Assembly (NCBI RefSeq): GCF_000012905.2
Contig: NC_007494.2
Coordinates: forward strand, 510,001-542,000
Length of the DNA: 32,000 nt
Reading direction: 5' to 3'
Source: Cereibacter sphaeroides 2.4.1
Lineage (GTDB): Bacteria; Pseudomonadota; Alphaproteobacteria; Rhodobacterales; Rhodobacteraceae
The notes below the pieces were generated by a model that was given only the letters and a program-made list of their open reading frames with translations, did not search any database and had not been told where the DNA came from. The translations under genes and the position numbers were made by a program. This document shows, piece after piece, positions 17,281 to 26,559 of the stretch. Numbering within the stretch: the first letter of the stretch is position 1; each line of letters opens with the position of its first letter.

Positions 17281-18144
17281 ATGACCAACCCCCGCTTCGG
17301 GGGGCTTGTGGCGCTTGCCTTCATGGCCGCGACCACGCTGCCCGCCCAGTCCCAGGTGGCCGAGATCCGCGACAGCTATCGCGTGGCGCTCGACGGCACC
17401 TTCGCTCCCCATGCCATGCCGAAACTCTCGGGCGGTGTCGAAGGGTTCAACGTCGATCTGGCCCAGCTCATCGGCGAGCGTCTGGGGTCCGAGATGACGG
17501 TCGATGCGGCGCAATTCTCCGGCCTCATCCCGGCGCTGCAGGCGGGCACCTACGACTTTCTCGTGGCCCCGGTCACGGTGAATCAGGAGCGGTCCGAGAA
17601 CCTGCTCTTCACCGAAGGCTTCATGGACACGAACTTCGCCTTCGTCGTGCCGGCGGGCTCGGAGAAGCGGGACGGGATCGAGGCCTTCAAGGGGATGACG
17701 ATCTCGGTCAACCGGGGTTCGGCCTACCACACCTATCTCGACGACCATGCCGCCGAATACGGCTGGACCGTCGTGCCCTTCGGCACCAACACCGATGCGG
17801 TCGAGGCGGTGGCCACCGGACGCGCGGACGCGAACCTCTCCGGCGCGACCGTGGCGGCCTGGGCCGCGCTCCAGAACCCGGCGGTCGATCTGTCCTACGA
17901 GATCCAGACCGGGCTCGTCTGGGGGCTGGCCTTCCGGCTGGACGATGCGGCGACGCGCAACCGCGTCGATCTCGTGCTCGAATGCCTGAAGACCGACGGC
18001 TCGCTCGCGGCCCTTTCCGAGAAATGGTTCGGCGTGACGCCCGCGGCCGGCAGTACCATCGTGACGCCGACGCCGGGCTTCGGCGTGCCGGGCTTCCCGG
18101 GCTATCAGGAAGATGCCCACCAACCCTCCTGCGACTTCTCCTGA
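17281..18144 (+). CDS. Polar amino-acid ABC transporter substrate-binding protein (family 3)
   Basis: ATG 17281 gives MTNPRFGGLVALAFMAATTLPAQSQ (signal peptide). This is followed by a family-3 SBP body (…FAPHAM…GFNVDLAQLIGERLG…DFLVAPVTVNQERSENLLFTEGF…). 287 aa. AGGAGA SD upstream. Confidence 0.88.
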   Translation: MTNPRFGGLVALAFMAATTLPAQSQVAEIRDSYRVALDGTFAPHAMPKLSGGVEGFNVDLAQLIGERLGSEMTVDAAQFSGLIPALQAGTYDFLVAPVTVNQERSENLLFTEGFMDTNFAFVVPAGSEKRDGIEAFKGMTISVNRGSAYHTYLDDHAAEYGWTVVPFGTNTDAVEAVATGRADANLSGATVAAWAALQNPAVDLSYEIQTGLVWGLAFRLDDAATRNRVDLVLECLKTDGSLAALSEKWFGVTPAAGSTIVTPTPGFGVPGFPGYQEDAHQPSCDFS

Positions 18145-18157
18145 TCGCTGCCTGCCC

Positions 18158-18186
18158 GCCGCCCCGTCCCCGGCGGACGGGGCGGC
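18158..18186 (+). other. Perfect 12-bp GC-rich stem-loop after the ABC binding-protein gene
   Basis: GCCGCCCCGTCC-ccggc-GGACGGGGCGGC starts 14 nt after the stop at 18142-18144. It has no U-tract and the ATPase gene follows at 18214. It is probably an mRNA stabiliser or partial attenuator rather than a full terminator. Confidence 0.45.
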
Positions 18187-18213
18187 GCCCCACCCCATCC
18201 CATCGGAGCCCGC

Positions 18214-18954
<741 letters not shown>

Positions 18955-18958
18955 CGCC

Positions 18959-19639
18959 ATGGACGGGCTCGACCGGTTCCTTGCCACCTTCTTCAACGCG
19001 CGCATCTTCGCCCGCTACCTGCCCGACATGCTGGCGGGCGTCTGGACGACGATCTGGCTCGCCGGCGCGGTGATCGCTCTCGGGCTGAGCCTCGGCCTCG
19101 CGCTGGCCTGCCTGCGCGCCTACGGCTGGCGCATCGCGAACTTCTTCATCATCTGCTTTGCCGACATGGGCCGGGCGCTGCCGCCGCTCGTGCTGATCCT
19201 CATCATGTATTTCGGGCTGCCGGGCCTCGGGCTGCGGATGCCGGGGCCGCTCGTGCTAATCCTCGTTCTGGGCACGGTGCTTGCGGCCTTCGCCGAAGAG
19301 ATCTTCTGGGCGGGCCTGACCTCGGTGCCCAAGGGCCAGTGGGAGGCAGGGCGCGCCACGGGCCTCGGCTTCACCCAGACGCTGGTCCAGATCGCCCTGC
19401 CGCAGGCCGCGCGGCTCGCTCTGCCGCCGCTGGTCAACCGCGTGCTCGCCATCTCGAAGATGACCGCGCTCGGCTCGGTGATCGGCGTCTCCGAGATCCT
19501 GTCCGTCGCCTCGACCGCCCAGAGCTTCACCGGCTCGGCCGCGCCGCTGACCATGGGCGCCATCGCCTATGTGATCGTGTTCCTCCCGCTCGTGGTGCTG
19601 ACGCGCCTCCTCGAGCGGCGCTTCGCCTGGAAGGTCTGA
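18959..19639 (+). CDS. Amino-acid ABC transporter permease (His/Glu/Gln/Arg/opine family)
   Basis: 226 aa and hydrophobic, with the EAA-loop region (…EIFWAGLTSVPKGQWEAGRATGL…). Confidence 0.9.
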   Translation: MDGLDRFLATFFNARIFARYLPDMLAGVWTTIWLAGAVIALGLSLGLALACLRAYGWRIANFFIICFADMGRALPPLVLILIMYFGLPGLGLRMPGPLVLILVLGTVLAAFAEEIFWAGLTSVPKGQWEAGRATGLGFTQTLVQIALPQAARLALPPLVNRVLAISKMTALGSVIGVSEILSVASTAQSFTGSAAPLTMGAIAYVIVFLPLVVLTRLLERRFAWKV

Positions 19640-19642
19640 GCC

Positions 19643-20308
19643 ATGCAGGACTTCATCCGCCTGTTCTTCAATCTCGAGGTCATGGCCCAGACGCTGCCGC
19701 TGCTGATGCAGGGGCTCTGGATGACGGTCAGGCTCTGTGCCGCCGTCATCGCCCTCGGCCTTGTGGGCGGGCTCTTCCTCGCGCTCGGCGCCCTCTCGCA
19801 CCGGCGCTGGCTGCGCTGGCCCGCCTTCGCGGTGATCGATTTCCTGCGCGCGCTGCCGCCCTTGGTGCTCCTGATCTTCATCTATTCGGGCCTGCCCTTC
19901 GCGGGGCTCGCCATCTCGCCCTTCGCGGCGGTGGCGGTGGCCTTCTTCCTCAACAACTCGGCCTATTACGCCGAGATCTACCGCGCCGGCATCCAGTCGG
20001 TGCCCGCAGGCCAGACCGAGGCCGCGCGCGCCTGCGGGCTGACCACCGGCCAGACGCTCGCCCATGTGGTGCTGCCGCAGGCGGTGCGCAACGTGCTGCC
20101 GGATCTGCTGTCGAACACGGTCGAGGTGGTCAAGCTCACCTCGCTCGCCTCGGTCGTGTCGCTGGCCGAACTTCTCTACTCGGCCAACATGGCCCGGTCG
20201 CTCACCTACAATGCCTCGCCGCTCGTGCTCGCGGCGCTGGTCTATCTCGTGCTGCTCTGGCCGCTGGTGCGGCTCGTCAGCCGCTACCAGCGCCGCCTCG
20301 CGGCCTGA
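19643..20308 (+). CDS. Amino-acid ABC transporter permease (second subunit)
   Basis: 221 aa with the EAA-loop region (…EIYRAGIQSVPAGQTEAARACGL…). It is a paralogue of the preceding permease. Confidence 0.9.
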   Translation: MQDFIRLFFNLEVMAQTLPLLMQGLWMTVRLCAAVIALGLVGGLFLALGALSHRRWLRWPAFAVIDFLRALPPLVLLIFIYSGLPFAGLAISPFAAVAVAFFLNNSAYYAEIYRAGIQSVPAGQTEAARACGLTTGQTLAHVVLPQAVRNVLPDLLSNTVEVVKLTSLASVVSLAELLYSANMARSLTYNASPLVLAALVYLVLLWPLVRLVSRYQRRLAA

Positions 20309-20345
20309 GCACCCCTTTCACCACTTACCTTCAGGGAAGAGACAG

Positions 20346-21272
20346 ATGCGCAAGATGATCGTTGGCGGGGCCCAGATGGGGCCGATCCAGCAGGCCGACA
20401 GCCGCGAGACGGTGGTGGCCCGGATGATGGAGCTGATGCGCAAGGCCCATGCCGAGGGCGTGAAGATGCTCGTCTACCCCGAGCTCGCCCTCACCACCTT
20501 CTTCCCACGCTGGTATGCCGAGGACCGCGCCGAGATGGACCGCTGGTTCGAGAGCGAGATGCCGAACGGGGCCACGCAGCCTCTGTTCGATCTGGCGCGC
20601 GAGATGGGCATGGCCTTCACCTTCGGCTTTGCCGAGTTGACGCCCGATGGGCACCATTTCAACACCTCGATCCTGACGGATGCGCAGGCCAACATCGTGG
20701 GCACCTACCGCAAGGTCCACCTGCCCGGCCATGTGGAGTTCGACCCCGAGCGCACCCACCAGCATCTCGAGAAACGCTATTTCGAGCCGGGCGATCTCGG
20801 CTTCAACGTCTGGCGCAACGAAGGCGTGGTCATGGGCATGGCGATCTGCAACGATCGCCGCTGGCCGGAAACCTACCGCGAGCTGGGGTTGCAGGGCGTG
20901 GAACTCGTCACCATCGGCTACAACACCCCGTCCGTGAACAGCCAGAAGGGCGCCGAGGGGCTGCGCCAGCGGCTGTTCCACTCGGATCTGTCGATGCAGG
21001 CCGGGGCCTACCAGAACTCGACCTACGTCGTGGGCGTGGCCAAGGCCGGCACCGAGGACGGCCATCACCTGATGGGCGGCTCGATCATCGTCGATCCCGA
21101 CGGCGAGGTGATCGCCCGCGCCGAGACCGAGGGCGACGAGCTGATCTTCGCCGAATGCGACTTCGACCGCTGCACCTTCGGCAAGGCCACCGTCTTCGAC
21201 TTCGCCCGCCACCGGCGGATCGAGCATTATCAGCGCATCGGCCGGCAGACCGGCGTGATCGTCCCGGTCTGA
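20346..21272 (+). CDS. N-carbamoyl-D-amino-acid hydrolase (D-carbamoylase; nitrilase superfamily)
   Basis: ATG 20346 gives MRKMIVGGAQMGPI..., 308 aa. The Glu-Lys-Cys triad contexts are YPELAL, YRKVHLP and AICNDRRWPE, the last closely matching the catalytic-Cys motif known from Agrobacterium D-carbamoylase. Confidence 0.88.
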   Translation: MRKMIVGGAQMGPIQQADSRETVVARMMELMRKAHAEGVKMLVYPELALTTFFPRWYAEDRAEMDRWFESEMPNGATQPLFDLAREMGMAFTFGFAELTPDGHHFNTSILTDAQANIVGTYRKVHLPGHVEFDPERTHQHLEKRYFEPGDLGFNVWRNEGVVMGMAICNDRRWPETYRELGLQGVELVTIGYNTPSVNSQKGAEGLRQRLFHSDLSMQAGAYQNSTYVVGVAKAGTEDGHHLMGGSIIVDPDGEVIARAETEGDELIFAECDFDRCTFGKATVFDFARHRRIEHYQRIGRQTGVIVPV

Positions 21273-21284
21273 GGAGAGGGCAGC

Positions 21285-22742
21285 ATGGAGTTCGATACGG
21301 TCATCCACGGCGGCACCATCGTCACGCCGACCGAAAGCTGGCAGGGCGATCTGGGCCTCGTGGGGGGCCGGATCGCGGGTCTGGCCGAGCGGCTGCCCGG
21401 CGGCGCGCGCCGGATCGACGCCACCGGGCGGCTCGTCCTGCCCGGCGGCATCGAGGCGCACGCCCATATCGCGCAGGAAAGCTCCTCGGGGCTGATGAGC
21501 GCGGACGACTATTACACGGGCTCGGTCTCGGCGGCCTTCGGCGGCAACTCGAGCTTCATCCCCTTCGCGGCCCAGCACCGCGGGCAGTCGGTGGATGCGG
21601 TGATCGAGACCTACGACAGCCGGGCGGCGCCGAACTCGGTGCTCGACTATTCCTACCATCTCATCATCTCGGACCCGACCGAGACCGTCCTGACCGAAGA
21701 GCTGCCGCGCGCCTTCGCCCGCGGCATCACCTCGTTCAAGGTCTTCATGACCTACGACCTGATGAACCTCGGCGACCGCGGGATGCTCGACATCCTGACC
21801 GTCGCCCGCCGTCACGGCGCCCTCACCATGGTCCATGCCGAGAACAACGACATGGTGAAATGGATGAACGCGCGCCTTGCCGCGGCAGGGCTCACGGCGC
21901 CGAAATATCACGCGATCTCGCGCCCGGCGCTGGCCGAGGCCGAGGCGATCAACCGCGCGATCTCGCTCGCGCGGCTCGTGGGGGCGGGGCTCTTCATCGT
22001 CCATGTCTCGACGCCCGAGGGGGCGGATCTCGTGGCCCGCGCGCAGGCCTCGGGTCTGCCGATCCATGCGGAGACCTGCCCGCAGTATCTGGCCTTCACC
22101 CGCGACGACCTCGACCGGCCGGGGATGGAGGGGGCCAAATACATCTGCTCGCCCCCCCTGCGCGATGCGGCGACGCAGGCCGCGCTCTGGAACCATGCCC
22201 GGCGCGGCACCTTCGAGAGCGTGTCCTCGGACCATGCCCCCTACCGGTTCGACGCGAGCGGCAAGTTCGCGAACGGCGCAGAGCCCGCCTATCCCGCCAT
22301 CGCGAACGGCCTTCCGGGCATCGCCATGCGCCTGCCCTATCTCTTCTCCGAAGGAGTCGCGGCCGGGCGGATCAGCCTCCAGCAGTTCGCGGCCCTCTCT
22401 TCCTCGAACGCCGCCCGCCTCTTCGGGATGGAGCGCAAGGGCGCGCTGCTGCCGGGCTATGACGCCGACATCGCGATCTGGAACCCCGAGGAAACGCGCG
22501 AGGTCTCGCTCGCCGATCAGCACGATGCCATGGACTACACACCCTTCGAGGGGATGCGCCTCACCGGTTGGCCCGAGCATGTGCTGAGCCGCGGCGAGAC
22601 GGTGGTCGAGGCGGGCGAGCTGAAGGCCGCCCGCGGGCGCGGCCGCTTCGTCGCGCGTGCCCCCTACCGCCCCGATCCCAACGCGCCGGTCGAGCCCGAG
22701 CTCACCCCCGCGCTTAACTTCGGCGCGGAGATCCGGCCGTGA
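21285..22742 (+). CDS. D-hydantoinase / dihydropyrimidinase (cyclic amidohydrolase)
   Basis: 485 aa. It has the metal-ligand motifs GGIEAHAHI (HxH), FKVFM (carboxylated Lys), VHAEN, HVS and SDHAP. GAGGAGAGGG SD upstream. Confidence 0.92.
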   Translation: MEFDTVIHGGTIVTPTESWQGDLGLVGGRIAGLAERLPGGARRIDATGRLVLPGGIEAHAHIAQESSSGLMSADDYYTGSVSAAFGGNSSFIPFAAQHRGQSVDAVIETYDSRAAPNSVLDYSYHLIISDPTETVLTEELPRAFARGITSFKVFMTYDLMNLGDRGMLDILTVARRHGALTMVHAENNDMVKWMNARLAAAGLTAPKYHAISRPALAEAEAINRAISLARLVGAGLFIVHVSTPEGADLVARAQASGLPIHAETCPQYLAFTRDDLDRPGMEGAKYICSPPLRDAATQAALWNHARRGTFESVSSDHAPYRFDASGKFANGAEPAYPAIANGLPGIAMRLPYLFSEGVAAGRISLQQFAALSSSNAARLFGMERKGALLPGYDADIAIWNPEETREVSLADQHDAMDYTPFEGMRLTGWPEHVLSRGETVVEAGELKAARGRGRFVARAPYRPDPNAPVEPELTPALNFGAEIRP

Positions 22743-23380
22743 AGCGCATCCTCGTCATCAACCCCAACTCCTCGACCGCCGTCACCGAAGGGCTGCGCGA
22801 GGCGCTCGCCCCCTTCGAGGGGTCCGTCCGTTTCGACTGCATCGAGATCGCCGAGAGCCCGGCCACGATCTTCACCGAAGAGGATGTGGCGCGCGCAGGC
22901 CTGGGCGTCGCCGAGCGCATCCGCCAGAACCCCGGGGCAGATGGCTATATCATCGCCTGCTTCTCGGATCCGGGGCTCGATCTCGCCCGCTCGATCACCG
23001 CGAAACCCGTCTTCGGCTGTCAGGAGGCGGGGATCCTCACCGCGATGGCCCGCGCCGACCGCTTCGCCATCGTGGCGCTGGGGCCGGCGTCCGTCGCGCG
23101 CCACATGCGCCGGATGCGCGCCATGGGCGTTCTGGGCCGGCTCGCGGGCGAGCTCGATCTGGGCGGGGTCAGCGCCGAGGATGCGGGCCGCTCGGATGCG
23201 GTCTATGCCTGCACGCTGGCCGTGGGGCAGGAGCTCGTGCGGATGGGAGCGGGCGCGCTTGTGCCCGGCTGCGCGGGCTTTGCGCCCCGCCGCGCCCAGC
23301 TCGAGCGCGATCTCGGCATCGCGGTCGTCGATCCGGTGCTGGCCGCCGCAGGCATGGCCATGGGCGCGGTGCTGGCGTGA
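22739..23380 (+). CDS. Hydantoin racemase (Asp/Glu/hydantoin racemase family)
   Basis: The GTG start overlaps the hydantoinase stop (GTGA). The N-terminus is KRILVINPNSS. The two catalytic-Cys contexts are IIACFSDPGL and VPGCAGFA. 213 aa. Confidence 0.88.
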   Translation: MKRILVINPNSSTAVTEGLREALAPFEGSVRFDCIEIAESPATIFTEEDVARAGLGVAERIRQNPGADGYIIACFSDPGLDLARSITAKPVFGCQEAGILTAMARADRFAIVALGPASVARHMRRMRAMGVLGRLAGELDLGGVSAEDAGRSDAVYACTLAVGQELVRMGAGALVPGCAGFAPRRAQLERDLGIAVVDPVLAAAGMAMGAVLA

Positions 23381-24306
23381 TCGGCGGGCGGACGGCGCCC
23401 GAGATCTCGCTGCGGCTCCTCGAGATCTTCGCGGCCATGATGCGCGCGGGCACCACGGTCGAGGCGGCCGAGATGCTGGGCGTGTCGCAGCCCGCCGTCT
23501 CGGCCGGCCTCAAGCAGCTCGAGACCCAGCTCGGCATCGTGCTCTTCGAGCGCGCCTCGCGCCGCATGATGCCCACGGCCGAGGCGCGCGAGCTGTTCGC
23601 CGAGATCCGGCCCATGTTCTCGATGCTGCGCAGCTTCACCCAGACCGCCCGCGACATCCGCGAGGGGTTGAGCGGGCGGCTGCGGATCATCAGCACCCCG
23701 CCCATCGGCCACACCCTCGCCCCCCGTGCGCTGGTCGAGTTCCTGCGCGAGCGTCCCGGCGTCTCGGTGGCCTTCGACGTGCGCCGCCTCGAACATGTGA
23801 TCGACGCGGTGCAGAGCGGCAGTGCCGATCTGGGCCTCGCCCTCAGCATGGACCGCTATACGGCGCTCAATTCCGAGGTGCTGCACGAGACGCATATGGT
23901 GGCGCTCGTGGATGCGGCGGGGCCGCTTGCCGCGCAGACACAGGTCACGGCCGAAGACCTTGCCGCGCATCCCTTCGTGGGGATCGAGGGCGACTCGAAG
24001 CTCGGCGGCCTCGTCCGCTCGGCCTTCCTGCAGAGCGGACTGGGCTACCTGCCCCAGATCGAGGTCCGCTATGTCTCGACCGCGGCCGAGCTTGTGAACC
24101 ACGGGCTCGGCAATGCGGTGGTCGATCCCTTCACCGCCCATTATCATGCCCGGCCCGGCATCGCGATCCGGCCCTTCGTGCCGGCCTGCATGACCCGCGT
24201 CGTGCTGCTCACCCGCCGCGGCGTGCCGCGCAGCCAGCTCGCCCATGCCTTCGCCGCGACGCTGAAACCGATTTTCGCCGAACCGCTCCGGAGAATTCAC
24301 GCATGA
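23377..24306 (+). CDS. LysR-family transcriptional regulator, embedded in the operon
   Basis: HTH motif LRLLEIFAAMMRAGTTVEAAEMLGVSQPAVSAGLKQLETQLGIVLFER followed by a LysR substrate-binding domain. There is no in-frame ATG before the HTH, so the start is proposed at GTG 23377 overlapping the racemase stop (GTGA). The start position is the uncertain part. Confidence 0.8.
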   Translation: MIGGRTAPEISLRLLEIFAAMMRAGTTVEAAEMLGVSQPAVSAGLKQLETQLGIVLFERASRRMMPTAEARELFAEIRPMFSMLRSFTQTARDIREGLSGRLRIISTPPIGHTLAPRALVEFLRERPGVSVAFDVRRLEHVIDAVQSGSADLGLALSMDRYTALNSEVLHETHMVALVDAAGPLAAQTQVTAEDLAAHPFVGIEGDSKLGGLVRSAFLQSGLGYLPQIEVRYVSTAAELVNHGLGNAVVDPFTAHYHARPGIAIRPFVPACMTRVVLLTRRGVPRSQLAHAFAATLKPIFAEPLRRIHA

Positions 24307-24911
24307 TGCTCGACCTGGGGTCGCTGCCGCCCGCCACCCGCTACAAGCTGCTGACCGCCATCGTCCTGCCGCGCCCGGTGGCCTGGGTCACGACGCAGAG
24401 CCCCGAGGGCGTGGTCAATGCGGCGCCCTTCTCCTTCTTCAACCTCTTCGGCCAGAACCCGGCCCTCGTCGTGCTGGGGCTCGAACATCGCGCGGACGGC
24501 TCGATGAAGGACACGACGCGCAACATCCGCGAGACGGGCGAGTTCGTGGTGAACATCGTGACCGAGGATCTGGTGGCCCCCATGGTGGCAAGCGCCGCCC
24601 CGGTGGGCCCCGGCACGAGCGAGCCCGAGGCGCTGGGGCTCGCGCTCGCCCCGTCGCTGACCGTGGCCCCGCCGCGGCTGGCCGCCGCCCCCGCCGCCAT
24701 CGAGTGCCGCCGCACGGTCGGGCTCTCCTTCAGCGCCGAGCGCGAGATCCTCGTGGGCGAGGCCACGGGACTGGCCGCCCGCGAGGGCCTGATCGACCCC
24801 GAGAAATGGTATGTGGACTGGCAGGGCGACTACCCGGTGGCCCGCCTCTTCGCCGACCGCTACGCCCGTCTGGTCGAGATCGACCGCCATGCGATCCCTC
24901 CCGCGATCTAG
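24303..24911 (+). CDS. Flavin reductase family protein (FMN-binding split-barrel, HpaC/RutF-like)
   Basis: ATG 24303 overlaps the LysR stop (ATGA). The sequence reads …PRPVAWVTTQSPEGVVNAAPFSFFN…, the typical flavin-reductase domain. 202 aa. Confidence 0.85.
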   Translation: MMLDLGSLPPATRYKLLTAIVLPRPVAWVTTQSPEGVVNAAPFSFFNLFGQNPALVVLGLEHRADGSMKDTTRNIRETGEFVVNIVTEDLVAPMVASAAPVGPGTSEPEALGLALAPSLTVAPPRLAAAPAAIECRRTVGLSFSAEREILVGEATGLAAREGLIDPEKWYVDWQGDYPVARLFADRYARLVEIDRHAIPPAI

Positions 24912-24927
24912 CTCCTCCCTCGGCCCT

Positions 24928-25003
24928 GCATAGGCGCAAGGCAGTTGATCCGGCGGGAGAATCCGGGGATCGTGTCGCCTTGTCCCTTTCGGGCATAGGC
25001 GCA
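24928..25003. repeat. 11-bp direct repeat GCATAGGCGCA x2 in the intergenic region ahead of the T6SS module
   Basis: Exact copies lie at 24928-24938 and 24993-25003, 65 nt start to start. ATCCGG occurs three times between and around them. Function unknown. Confidence 0.4.
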
Positions 25004-25126
25004 TCCGGTGGCCCGCGGCTCGCGACCGTCCCGTCGGAGACCAGCGCCTCCCCTGTGGGGGACGTTCCTCCGGGGCCGGGGCACACCCCTGCGGCCGGGA
25101 GGGCGCGCGGCCTGACACGAACGAAT

Positions 25127-25155
25127 TTGGAAAAGCCGCCGATTCCGGTTAACCT
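25127..25155 (+). promoter_or_regulatory. Weak sigma70-like promoter candidate for the T6SS effector module
   Basis: TTGGAA-N17-TAACCT matches 4/6 at -35 and 3/6 at -10. It lies about 35 nt upstream of the small ORF at 25189. Sequence match only. Confidence 0.2.
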
Positions 25156-25188
25156 TCCACCCATCGGGGCGAGCCACCGGGAGGAAGG

Positions 25189-25266
25189 ATGGAACTGCGG
25201 TTCATCGGACTTCGGAAGGCGGATGCGGGCTCGGCACGCCGGGACGCGAACTGCGGGGATCCCTGA
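25189..25266 (+). CDS. Possible 25-codon leader ORF (MELRFIGLRKADAGSARRDANCGDP)
   Basis: It has an ATG preceded by GGGAGGAAGG, the best SD in the intergenic region. Its TGA (25264-25266) ends 2 nt before the TTG start candidate of the next gene. It is short and I recognise no homology. Confidence 0.2.
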   Translation: MELRFIGLRKADAGSARRDANCGDP

Positions 25267-25268
25267 CC

Positions 25269-26558
25269 TTGCCGGCTGCGGGCGGGGCCTTTGCTGCCGC
25301 GCGGCAGCCCGCGATCTGGAACCGGCCGCTCCTCGAGCCGCGCATCCTGCGCCTGCATGCCGAGAACGCGGCCTTCCTCGCCGACCGGATTGCCATGGCC
25401 CGCGACGGCCCGAACGAGCGCGCCCTCGATCTCTTCGACCTCGAAGCCCGGCTCGGAGGCCATCTGGCGGCGCTGCGACGGGCGGGTGCGGCGGGCCTCG
25501 AGGCCGCCCTGATGGCCCTCGACGCAGAGCCCGGACCGGGCGAAATCCTTGTGGCGGCGACGCTGTCGCTGGGTCACCGTCCGGAGGACGATCTCTGCGT
25601 TCACCTGCCGGGCCGGCTCCTCGTGCCCGCAGCCGCCCCCGCGATCGGCGCGGCGCTGGCGCTGCTCGATCCGCCGCGGATCGGCCCGCGGCTCAGGGCC
25701 TGGCTGGACGGGGACGATCCTCTGTCCGTCCTCGCCGCGCTCGGGGCCTGCGGCCGGCTTCGCGCGGACCCGGGACCGCGTCTCGCACCGCTCCTGCGCC
25801 ACGGTGCCGCCCCGGTGGCGGCGCGGGCCGTGCGGCTGGCCGGAGAGCTCGGCCGCGCGGACCTCGGCGCACCGATCCTCGACCGGCTCGGCTCCTGTCC
25901 CGAGGCACCCCGCGCGGCGGTGCTGCTGGGCGAGCGCCACCACGCTCCGCCGCATCTCCTGCCCCGGGATCCCGGCGCGCCCCCCGGACGCTGGCGCGAG
26001 GCCGCGGAGCTGCTGCCGCTCGCGGTCCCGCCCGCCGCGGCAAGTGCCGAGATCGCCCGCCTTCTCGGCCATCCCGCCACGCGCCGCTGGGCGGTGGTGG
26101 CCGCCGGGGCGCTCGGTCTGCCCGAGACGCTCGACTGGCTGATCGCACAGATGGAGGACCCGCTTCTGGCGCGCTCGGCCGGGCTCGCCTTCGGGCAGAT
26201 CACCGGGGCCCGGCTCGGGCCCGACAATCTCGAACGCGCGACTTTTCCCGAGGACCCCGAGGATCCGGTGGCCGATGCCTGCCGCCTCGAACGCAGCATC
26301 GAGAGCCACGCCTACTGGCCCGATCCGGAGAAGTGCGGGGCCTGGCTCGCGAAGCGCAGGGCGGGCCTTGGCGCGGGCGAGCGGCACCTCCTCGGGGCCG
26401 CGGCCTGGACCCATGCCGCGCCGCCCGAACCGGGACATCGCACGCAGCTCCAGCTGCGGGCCCTGTCGCTCGAGATCGCCTGCCGCTCCCCCTCGGCCCC
26501 GCTGCCCGACTGGCGCGCGCCGGTGCGGCTCGGCCCCGACGGGTTCGGGAGGGGCTAG
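25269..26558 (+). CDS. HEAT-repeat protein resembling the T6SS-associated TIGR02270 family
   Basis: 429 aa. The N-terminal sequence LRLHAENAAFLADRIAMARDGP...LEARLGGHLAALRRAG resembles the family's conserved start as I remember it. It has HEAT/PBS-lyase-like repeats (AARAVRLAGELGRADLGAPILDRL; RRWAVVAAGALGLPETLDWLIAQMEDPLLARSAGLAFGQI). The only in-frame canonical start after the stop at 25113 is TTG 25269. The family assignment is from memory and was not searched. Confidence 0.6.
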   Translation: MPAAGGAFAAARQPAIWNRPLLEPRILRLHAENAAFLADRIAMARDGPNERALDLFDLEARLGGHLAALRRAGAAGLEAALMALDAEPGPGEILVAATLSLGHRPEDDLCVHLPGRLLVPAAAPAIGAALALLDPPRIGPRLRAWLDGDDPLSVLAALGACGRLRADPGPRLAPLLRHGAAPVAARAVRLAGELGRADLGAPILDRLGSCPEAPRAAVLLGERHHAPPHLLPRDPGAPPGRWREAAELLPLAVPPAAASAEIARLLGHPATRRWAVVAAGALGLPETLDWLIAQMEDPLLARSAGLAFGQITGARLGPDNLERATFPEDPEDPVADACRLERSIESHAYWPDPEKCGAWLAKRRAGLGAGERHLLGAAAWTHAAPPEPGHRTQLQLRALSLEIACRSPSAPLPDWRAPVRLGPDGFGRG

Positions 26559-26559
26559 G

